This document shows positions 11,431 through 33,729 of a stretch of 42,025 bases of DNA, piece after piece. The stretch comes from Intoshia linei (Eukaryota > Animalia > Orthonectida). Both the position numbers and the translations under genes were made by a program. Location of the stretch: contig LWCA01000191.1 in NCBI GenBank assembly GCA_001642005.1, positions 1 through 42,025 on the forward strand, given 5' to 3'. The notes beneath the pieces are model-generated. The model saw only the letters and a program-made list of their open reading frames with translations, had not been told where the DNA came from and ran no database searches. Each line of letters starts with the position of its first letter. Position 1 is the first letter of the stretch.

Positions 11431-11852
11431 ATCTTTAGTAGAATTTTTACTAGATATACAATGTATATTATACATTGTATGTTTGAAACGTTTTAGAACA
11501 GAGTGGGAACATTCATCTGGTCAAAATTTATTCCAAAAACAATACCACTTCCTTTTTAAGAATATAAACATCACTATTATAGTTTGTGGTTTTGATCCTT
11601 ATAATCCATACGAGTCTAAATATAGTCTGTGGATCCATTTTATCATTATTTTTACTTTATCAAGGGAATAATTTGTAATTGCATTTCATATAAAATTTTC
11701 ATACTAACAAAAAAAAATTAAAATTTTTCCTGTCACTATGCTCATTGGTCATAAAATTCAGTAATCCCAGGTGAACGGATGATCGCCTTTGGCGACCCCT
11801 ACGTTAAATCAGAAAAAAAATATTTATTATTTTTTGTTATATATTAAAATAA

Positions 11853-24247
<12,395 letters not shown>

Positions 24248-24341
24248 GTTATTTTTTGCTTTCCAATTCCCAATAGATACACGACGGATACAGATAATTT
24301 TAAATGTTTACAAAATATAAATAGAAACATTTATTATACAA

Positions 24342-26488
24342 TCAATGTTTTTTTTCTGATTTCGTCATGATACCTATAAGATTGTTAGTGTAAAGGCAAT
24401 CTTTTCCAACTTCGTCATATTCTGACCAATTCTAAAGTTTAAAAAATATATTTATAGATAGTGCTTCGAGAATGTTCTATATGTTTGCAATCATAATTAA
24501 TTACATTACATTGTAGTTGTATTTATTTGCATTATTGCAATTTGCAACCATTATAAAAGTACTCGAAAACTCTATAAATTATGTACATTGGATAGATCGG
24601 CATTTTGAAATAGAGTTTTTGAGAGATTTGAAGAAACTATAAAATATCCAGGTAAATATTTAACCAAATTCATTCCACGGCATTCAAATGTAGCTAATAT
24701 TGAATAATCTCTAAAGTCGTCTTCGAAAATTTCTTTTACTGAACCAGGTACAATAGCTAAATAAAATTAAATAAGTTTACAATACTTTAAGTTTAAACAC
24801 ATTGAATTTTCGCATCTACATATTTTGCATTTCATGGCGAAATTGCATTTTCCTCTTCCTCCCTTTAGTGGAACTTGATCCTAAACTATGGTTTAGAAAC
24901 CTTTTTTATTTTCCACGTTAATTTTATGGCTGGCTTAAATTTTTAATTTTTTGTAATATAATTTCTATATTTTAGTGAAAATTCGTGAAATTAAATTGAG
25001 GCAGAAATTAGTATATTTAAAGCATTTTTCAATACAAATTGATCAAAAAAAGGGTAAAATAAAGGAAAAATGTGATTTTGATTATATTCATTCAAATAAA
25101 TTCTTAAATTGCAAAAATTCATTTTTCGGGATGAATTGATCAAAAAAAAAGGGTGAAATTACCGAAAAATCTTGTTTTTGAATTTATTTATTCAAATAAA
25201 TTCTTAATTTATAAAAAATGCATTTTCCGGATAAATTGATCAAAAAAATAGTGAAATTAAAGAAAAAACTTGATTTTGATTATATTTATTCAAATAAATT
25301 AATAAATTACAAAAAAAAACATTATTCTGGGCAAGTTTATGAAAAATGGGTGAAATCAAAAAAACTTGATTTTAATAATATTTATTAAAAATAAATTCTT
25401 AAATTACAAAAAAGCATTTTTCGAGATTTAGTGGTTGACACTCAATTTGCAATATAAAAATCCCCCGCCCTAAAAAATAATTTGTAGATTGTTAAATATA
25501 TTACATTCCAAAAAATCCAAATATATTTTTTCATAGTCCCAATGATCTATCAATATTTTCAAAATATTATTGAATGAATATCACTTTCACGACATCTACA
25601 TTTTATTAAAATTGTTTAATCGTTAACTAAATTAATTTTGTTTGTAATTTTATTTTTAATATATGGTATTTGTTGTTATGAGTTAATTATTTTGAATTTG
25701 AAATATTTGCGTTGTGCTGAATGAAATGTTTTCTACTTTACCTATTTTTTATATTTTAATTTAACTCCATTTTGAAGCTTTTATTTACATAGTCCATGTA
25801 AGTGACATCCACTGTTAAAAATAAATAAGTTTAATTGTACAACAAGATATAGATGAATTTCGACTAAACTCAAATTTTAGTTAATACATACTATGTATTA
25901 CATAGTCAATGAGTGAAATTTTGAAATAAAAAAACAAATTTGTTAGAAAAATGTTTATAAGATATAATATGAGATGAAGGGTTTACAAATGGCAATATAA
26001 AAATTATTTTTTTAGATTTGTAGACCTCATCAATGGTTACATCAAAAATGATGATAAAACATAATTAAATTCCAGATAAAGATTACCGTTTCAGTAAAAA
26101 AGATTGTCTTTTCATGTTTTTCTCCGCATGCAGTACAACTAACCTATCGAAATATAATAAAAAAAATATATAATATCAATTTAATAAATACTTAAAAATA
26201 CCAATTATGTATCAATAATTAACTATGAATCTTAATTACCCCGGAAAAAATTGTAATTGAAATGTGGACTTTATAAAATTGTAAGACTGGTAGTTATTGA
26301 AATAAACGGTAACACAAACACACAAACAAATATTGCATAGCATATTATATAAGTAAGGATAACCTCAAAACTCCAATTACAATTATCTTCAACAGCGATC
26401 GATTTAACGTTTTCAGATGATATCTTTACTTTTAAATCTACAAACTAATACAATTACAAGACTGGTATCATATAATTAATTTTACCAT
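24342..26488 (-). CDS. CZIB: CXXC motif zinc-binding protein (CZIB/C1orf123, UPF0587), 6 coding exons; missed by the ORF track
   Basis: Spliced product M|FVDLKVKISSENVKSIAVEDNCNWSFE|VSCTACGEKHEKTIFFTET|DQVPLKGGRGKCNFAMKCKICRCENSM|SIVPG...ATFECRGM...|NWSEYDEVGK...KH*. It has the family motifs CxxCGE, LKGGRG, KCKxC, FECRG and WxxYDE. Confidence 0.9.
25015..25425. repeat. Degenerate tandem repeat, ~98-99-bp unit, ~4 copies, in a CZIB intron
   Basis: AATTGATCAAAAAA..G(G)TGAAAT...TTGATTTTGA..ATTCAAATAAATTCTTAAATT..AAAAA.GCATTTT recurs with starts near 25038, 25135, 25234 and 25333. Confidence 0.8.
26239..26359 (-). mobile_element. 5' fragment of the Helitron-like element in CZIB intron 2
   Basis: Reverse complement TCCTTACTTATATAATATGCTA...TTTATTTCAATAACTAC..GTCTTA.AATTTTATAAAGTCCACATTTCAATTA..TTTTTTCCGGGG matches 3070-3190. 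Confidence 0.8.
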
Positions 26489-26806
26489 TTTTTAGAAAAC
26501 TTTATTTATAATGTACTGTAGTTGAACTTTATAAATTTTTGACAATTAATTTTAAAGTTTAACTCATTCATATGATGAGATTGTTTATATTCACTCAAAT
26601 GAAATGATATAGTTTACATATTCAAATTCAATGTATAAAGGTTTATCTAAGCTAATACACTTTGTAAGGTTGAGTCAACTTGAGTTTTTTAAAACATGAT
26701 ACAAAAAATACATGTATAAAACTTATAGGTGAAATAAATGTTTCTAACTATAGGACCTATAGTTAGGTGATAAAAGTTAGTTTGAATTTTAGTTCATCTT
26801 GGGAAA

Positions 26807-29800
26807 ATGATATTTGCAATTTTTCTTTATACATTTTCAATAGGGTTAATATTTTGGATACCATTTAATAAGGTTGAAGAAAGTTTTCAAGTTCAAGCTT
26901 TGCATGATAATGTATATGTTGATAATTTGAATGACGTATTTTTACGTTTTATTTGGTTGTATAATTCAATTAGTTTGATCATTTTGAGTTTCCTGGTGCA
27001 GTTGATCGCTCTTTTATACCAAGTTATGTCAACTCTAGAACTTTAAAATTGATCATACATGTGCTCAATATTTGTGGTATACCTCCAAGTAAAATATTGG
27101 TTCTTTGTATAGGTAATTTTATGAATATCTGTAATTTTGTATTATTCTAGGACGATTGATTTTATCTTTGTTGGCACTAATTTCGTTTGTTTATTATTAT
27201 GCAAGTTGTGGGAAAAATTCTAAAAAATATTTTTTTATTGTACTTTATACACAATTTCACATCCTCTTTTATTCAACACGGTTTTTATCCAATTATATGG
27301 CTTTGCCTTTTGGTAAATTATATTAATTTTAGTTTATTTTTCTCAAATGCCTACTTTGGTAATTGGGATAGTTTTGAAATGATATTTACTAATGTCATTT
27401 TAATGTTAAATTTAATTTTAGTTACTATTGGCTTAGCCGCAGCAAAAAATGGAAAATCAAAGTTATTCATATGGACAGTGGTTTTTTCAGCTATAATTTT
27501 AAGATGTGAAGTTGGTCTATTGTTTTGTATTTATGCAGTAACGTTATTAATTCAACGAAAAATTAAATTTGGGAATCTTGTAATACAGACATTTATTGCA
27601 TTAGGGTTTTTTATTGGTAATTTTTTTATTCTTGAATAATTATCAATTAAATTGCAATGTTATGGTTTTAAGTGACTTTATTGTCACACTTTTAACAGAA
27701 ACAATTTTTTTGGTAATTTCACTATTTTTAGATTGTTTTACGAAAATTTGTATTCTAGAAATTTAACCCTTATGAGACAATACTGATTTTTGAAATTGAA
27801 AGCAAAAAATTTATTTGAATAAATAAAACAATTTTTATCATAATTAGTTAATTTCATCTTTGTTTGATGAACGTGTTCCAACATTCTTTTTTGGTAATTT
27901 AAGTCTTGAATTTCAGTTTTTTTTAATGAATTTTAATAAACACATTTTTTTGTAATTTGATTAATTTTTGGTAGAACCATTTGATAACTTTTTTATTTAA
28001 ATATTTTATTATACAATTCTACTAAATTTACATTTTTTCGTGTGTTGACTTTATTTGAATAAATTTCTCATTTATATGAAAAAAACTTCTAATTTTTCTA
28101 TCACATGCTACGAAAACCTTTTATTTATCAAGTGAAACAAACAAAATTTTTTGATAATTCCCTTTTGAAATAATTTCCAAAAAACATTATAATTTAACTT
28201 ATTTTTGATAAAATTTTTAGGAAGTACTTTTTCCTATAATTACTATTCATTTGATTTATTATAGGTAACGATTATTCGAAACACCTTTTTCCTAATTTCA
28301 TTATTTTTTGAAAAAATTGCCATAAAATACTTTAATATGTGACTTAATTTTAAGTTAATGATAAAATTGTTTTTATTTAACTGTAAAACCATAATTTTAT
28401 ATTAATTTCAACAAAAATACTTTTTTAGTAATTTCACTATTCATTGCATTAGTATTTTGGTTAAATTTCTACATTAAGGTTAAAAAGTTTTAAAATCATT
28501 TTTTTTTCACAATTTTTGGAAATAATTTTTTTAAAGTCACTTCAATTTGATTTATTTTTAGGAAAATTACTCAAAACGTCTTTTTTCGCAATTTCACTAT
28601 TTTTTTGAAAGAAATTTCTCAAAAACATTTTAATTTTATAATGATTTATTTTTTTAAAAAAATTAATAAAATAACCCTTTTTTTCACAATTTTACTATTT
28701 TTAGAAATAAATAATATTTTATTTAATTTTAATTAAATTTAATATTTTTTGAAAGAATTTCCATGAAAACTCTTTAATTTAAGTTATTTTTTGTTTAAAT
28801 CCCTATAAAATCAATATTTTTGGTTATTTTATAATTTTTCGCATTACAGTCAGACTTGTCGATAGTGAACATTTGGTTCTGAATTTTTTTAATGTTCACT
28901 ATAAAAAAATAATGAACAATGAAAATACAATTGTAATGAATATTATTAATCATGAATCTAAATTTATTTTCTATATAATCAGTTAAGTTCACTATCTAAA
29001 GGGGTCACTATCAACAAGTCTGACTGTAATTGATTTATTTTTACAATTGAACATATTTCGATTTAATTTGATTTTTTTATAAATTATACTAAAAGTGCAC
29101 ATAAGAGTATACAATATTGTTTTTTTACCATTTTGATCAAACCTTTTATGGTTATACAATACAGTACTATTTAAATATATTACACTTAATGTATTCCAAT
29201 AATTTTCATATTTTTTAAAAAATACAAATAAATTTATTTTAAATCGTTTTGGATCACTTAAACGTTTATTTTCGTTGATAAAATTGCTTTTTTGTAGACC
29301 TTTTATTACGCACCCATTTGTATAACTTTAATAGTTACATCGCTTCTAAAACGATCTAAAATTATAAAAGAAAAATGCTACTAGCGAAGGCTTAGTGTAA
29401 AATCTTATTTTAGTGACGCTTACCATGCTGTTAATTAATATAAATATTTTTATTTAGTTGTATCCTTTTACATCGATTCTATATATTGGAACAAATCAAC
29501 AATACCTGAAATCAACGCATTTATATTTAACATAATTAAAAATGAAAATGTAAAATGGGGTACTATGCCATTTTTCTGGTACTTTAATACAGCTATGCCT
29601 AAAATGATGGGAGCTTATATTTTTATATTTGTTTACCAATGCCTCACACATAAAAGACAATTTCTTTACACAATGCTACCTTCTCTAGTCTACATTTTTA
29701 TTTATTCCTTTGTAGCACACAAAGAAAATCGTTTCATCGTGTACGCCCTAATTCCAGCGACAGAAATAATTAGCCAGGGCATGGATTCTATTTGGTAATT

Positions 29801-30338
29801 ATTCAGCGTGACCAACTACTTTGAAAAGGATAATTTATATAAAACAATTAATTTAGTAAGAAACATATAATGGGCAACATTTTTGTTAAACTTTCAATAG
29901 TTATAAACGTAGCTCTATGCATTATTGGTTGCTTCAGAGGATATTATAACTACCCTGGCGCAACAGCAATGTTAAAATTAACCGAATATCACAAAGTGCA
30001 TGATACTATCCATAAAACAGGTAATTTGATATTTCGCATACCTTAATAATAATTTAGTTCACGTTGACACGTTTTGCTTACAAAACGGGGTTTCTCGTTT
30101 CATAACACTAAAAGGTTTAACTGTACACAAAAAAGAAATTCAAAATTATGATAATTGGTCTCTAGAAAAAGACGATATTAATTATTTGATAATGGAAGTA
30201 AAATACGCCGAAAAGTTCAAAAAAAGGTCGAAACTTCTTTACACAATATCAACAACTTGTAAAATGAATATATCAAATTTAATGAAATTGCAATTTTTGT
30301 GTCCACGTGTGGTTGTTTTAAAAATTAATAAAAGTTAA
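26807..30338 (+). CDS. ALG12: Dol-P-Man:Man7GlcNAc2-PP-Dol alpha-1,6-mannosyltransferase ALG12, 7 exons
   Basis: PFNKVEESFQVQALHD, DHFEFPGAVDRSFI, QFHILFYSTRFLSN, KWGTMPFFWYF, AHKENRFI, NYPG and VHVDTFCLQNGVSRF follow GT22-family ALG12 motifs in order. Stop TAA at 30336-30338. Confidence 0.92.
27700..28780. repeat. Highly degenerate AT-rich repeat array in the long ALG12 intron, related in inverted orientation to 25015-25425
   Basis: Recurrent AATTTCACTATTTTT and TTTATTTGAATAAAT are reverse complements of motifs in the 25-kb array. A TTAACCCT occurs at 27763. Confidence 0.5.
28847..29026. mobile_element. Tc1/mariner-pogo type MITE, 180 bp, TA target duplication
   Basis: TA|CAGTCAGACTTGTCGATAGTGA ... 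TCACTATCAACAAGTCTGACTG|TA: 22-bp TIRs with one mismatch. Confidence 0.9.
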
Positions 30339-30682
30339 CTTTTCTCCATTTCATTCAATTCGTCAATTGGAATAAAATTTCGATGTTTATATTCTTCTTT
30401 TACAAATTCAGCAAATACTTTTTGACTAGCGTCAGATCGAGCTAAAAATGTATAAAAATTGGAATTTATTATTAATTTATGGAAATTTCAAAAATTACTT
30501 AATTTTCCAATTTTGTGAAAAACGAACATTGTTATCACAAAAGACAAACTTCCCATTCTAATAACACGGCTATTATTCCACAAGTATTTAAAAGGAAATC
30601 TATCCACTAGGGCTGAAAATGAATAAGGATACAACATTCGACCTCCACCTTTATAATTTTTAAACAACTCTTTTTGTGACAT
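30335..30682 (-). CDS. Small single-TM protein resembling Drosophila roh/CG30415, 96 aa, 2 exons (30682-30499, 30441-30335)
   Basis: GGRMLYPYSFSALVDRFPFKYLWNN...FVFHKIGKL|TRS resembles the YPYTFSAKVAQFP...FYKIHKL.NS motif I recall for roh. A GT-AG intron keeps the frame to ...NEMEKS*. Confidence 0.7.
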
Positions 30683-30781
30683 TGTACTTTATTGCAATTG
30701 ATACGAATATATAAAAATAAATGTTTAGTAGTGAAGTTTATTTCAATGCAAAAGGAAAATGTTTCAAAAATTTTTGAATAA

Positions 30782-32782
30782 ATGACAAAAACTAATACAT
30801 TGCTGAATTATGCCGGCCTACAGAACGTTGAAATGCAATTGATTCAATTTTAGTATTTTATTTTAGTTTGGGAATACATGTTATCTAAATTCAGTTATAC
30901 AAGCCATGTATTTTTGCGAATCCTTTCGAAATCAAGTGTTGAGTTATAAATGTGACAAAGAAAATTTGTTGACAACTTTGTCGGAATTATATAAACAAAT
31001 GAATGGAAATATTCCAGGAAAACAAAACGGAATTGTACATCCAAAAAGATTTTATAATTGTTTATGTATGCATAATGGTTTTAACTTTTTTTACATTTTT
31101 ATAATTTACTCGAAAAAAATTTAGAAATTTTTAATAACGACAATGAACATGATGCACATGAATTTTTTAATTACATTTTGAATAATATAGCCGATCTTGT
31201 GCAAAATGATTTGAAACATACCTCATGCAATGTGAATTGGGTTTATGATTTATTTCAGGGTGTAATGACAAATGAAACAACATGTTTATGTTGTGAAAAT
31301 GTAATTATCGAATTAAATTTCAATTTTGATAATTCAAATTTAGATTAGTACCAAAGATGAATTTTTTATAGATTTATCTCTTGAAGTAGAATCAAATATT
31401 TCCATTTATTTTGCTCTTAAAAATTTTTCAAAAAAAGAATTAATGTGTGCAGATAGTAAATACTTTTGTAATGTATGTAAATGCAAACAAGAAGCTAAAA
31501 GAAGGTTTTACATTTTAAAAATACAGTATAATTTCTACAAATGGCATATTTGTTGATTTGAATTGGTTGGCTAAACAGAGCCGTCTTAAGCCAGTTTGTG
31601 GCCCTGGGCTAAGCAAAGGACTGGAGGCCCTTTAAAATTTCGAGAGAAGCGATAAAAAAAATTAGAGTCCCTTTTTTTGAAAATAAATAAAAGAAAATCA
31701 AAGATTTCCTACTTTCTTTTTTGAATATTCACTTAATAAAAAGGTTTTAATGTTTAATATTATCATTTGAAACAGTTTTTATGTCATTATTATATGATGA
31801 ACATTGTAGAATATATTTTAAATTAAATATTTACCAGAACTTTGATTCTTTAAACTATTTTCTTTCTAGCTATTTGAATTCCTACACTTCAAAACTTATA
31901 AACTGTTTCTTAAGATATAAATGAGAAGTATTTTTTAATAAATTGGGGATTTCTTTTGAAGATATAAATGTAAAGTACTTTTATTAATTTGGGGGCATTT
32001 TTTAATGAGTAGCCCTGGGCTACAGCTCATATTGCCCATGCCTTAAAACGTCTCTATGGCTAAATGCTTTTACTTCTATAATTCCAGCTAGAGAGAATAC
32101 TGTACAAAGTAGTACCGTATTTTTTGGAGTATAAGGCGCGAGAAATTTTATTAAGTGATATCTATGAAAAATGAAGAATCAAATGGTACAATATATAGTT
32201 AGAAAAAAATTTCTCTTGCAAAATCCTTATATAAGGCGCATTCCTAATTTTTCATGTAAAAGGGTGCGCCTTACACTCCGAAAAATACGGTATACGTTTT
32301 ATTTATGTATTTATTTGAATTATTTACAGAATACGAATTAAAAAACCCCCTAAATTACTTGCTTTGCATTTGAAACGATTTAAATATCAAGACTCTCTTA
32401 GACGTTTCACTAAATTAAATTACAAGGTCTCTTTTTCTCAAGAATTAAGATTTCCAAACCTGGTATTTTTTAAACTTTGATTATTTCAAAATTTCATATT
32501 TGTAGATTGGCGAAAAATATAATAAATTGTATAAACTGATTGCATGTGTAGCACATTGTGGTTTAACAATTAGTAGTGGTCATTATTTAACTTTTGTCAG
32601 ACAAGGCAATGGGTGGTTATTATTTGATGACAATGCTGTTGAAGTAAAATTCTATATTATGGATTAATCATTTATTCTAGAATTTACCTTATTGGAATAT
32701 TGAAAGTTTTTTTGGTGGCAGTACAAATATGCCCACTAGATCGGAAACTGGTTACATTTTGTTTTATCAACAAACTATATAA
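30782..32782 (+). CDS. USP46: Ubiquitin-specific protease USP12/USP46, 7 exons
   Basis: Cys box GLQN|[25 protein letters not shown], zinc finger TTCLCCE...[20 protein letters not shown], His box SGHY...WLLFDD, and terminal [10 protein letters not shown]. Confidence 0.92.
31576..32056. mobile_element. hAT-superfamily MITE with a perfect 8-bp TSD, in a USP intron
   Basis: TGGCTAAA|CAGAGCCGTCTTAAG ... CTTAAAACGTCTCTA|TGGCTAAA. Internal GCCCTGGGCTA occurs near both ends. Confidence 0.9.
32115..32290. mobile_element. Tc1/mariner-type MITE, TA TSD, in the same USP intron
   Basis: TA|CCGTATTTTTTGGAGTATAAGGCGC ... GCGCCTTACACTCCGAAAAATACGG|TA. Confidence 0.9.
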
Positions 32783-33040
32783 AATGTAATGTTTATATTT
32801 TTATTAAATTTTAAATTTCTACCATCTATTTCAGTTATCACTGATCAATCTCCAAAACAAAAAAAAGATATATTTTAAATGGAATTAACATACAATCGTT
32901 TTCACATTCATATAATAAGACATGGTGTATACATTCGCTGTATACAGCATGCGTTATTTTGAGTGTTTAGTTGTATTAAGAAAATGTATCATTGTAAATT
33001 TGAATGTGTTGTAAAAAATACTGTTACATACATACAGCTA

Positions 33041-33597
33041 CTGTTTTTTCTCGATTATAAGAAGTCTTTTTATATTCGAGAGTAGAAGGAAAAATGCTTA
33101 TAATCAAAAACAAGCAGACCTTGAAAAATACACTAAAAGTTGGCTTTTATATTTTAAAACTCGTTAAATTTGTATTAAATTACATCTTGGGGTATTCTCA
33201 AAATCTATTTGAGATAAAACTTATAAATTAAATAAATAACAATGAAGACTATTGAGGAAGTAAAAAATGAGATCTGTGAAGGACTTAAAGAATTTTTGGT
33301 CCGAAAGAAATATTAAAAACACGTTCGAATCACTTATCTTAATGAATTTTTTGTTGCTTCTAAAAAATTTGAAATTCAGATTACTTTCAACAAATTGCAT
33401 AAACAACATATTGTATATGGTGAAAGCCAAACTTCTAAATTAGAAATTTTATTATATGAAGGAAGTTATTTTTTAAAAATAAATTGATGTTGTCTAAAGT
33501 TCTTTCGATCAAATACAAGCAGAAGCTGCTTATATTCAAATTTTATTTAGTTAAAAATTTTTATTTCAGGGGTCTGCTTATAATCGAAAAAAGACAG
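33041..33597. mobile_element. Tc1/mariner-type MITE, TA TSD, between the USP and EEP genes
   Basis: TA|CTGTTTTTTCTCGATTATAAG ... CTTATAATCGAAAAAAGACAG|TA, with internal GCTTATA(A/T)TC and CAAGCAGA repeats. Confidence 0.85.
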
Positions 33598-33729
33598 TAG
33601 GTGCTGTTTGTACGGAGGACAAAACAGTCAACCTAGTTTTTTTATAAAGATGTAAAAATAAATGAACAAAGAATAAAACAAGAAATACTGAATTATTTGT
33701 TTAATTAAATCAAGATATTAATATATACA

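Noticed and set aside
11770-11810. SECIS element (ATGA-containing hairpin)
   Set aside because: No apical AA or GA quartet geometry, wrong strand for EML, and no in-frame TGA in the neighbouring intact genes.
25015-25425. CRISPR-like array
   Set aside because: Whole units are degenerate copies with no unique spacers, the context is eukaryotic and there are no cas genes.
26445-26488. CZIB first coding exon consisting only of ATG
   Set aside because: Likely real, but very short first coding exons are common and unremarkable.
28795-28992. Short ORFs 28795-28992 and 33221-33430
   Set aside because: They lie largely or wholly inside MITEs and have no protein features.
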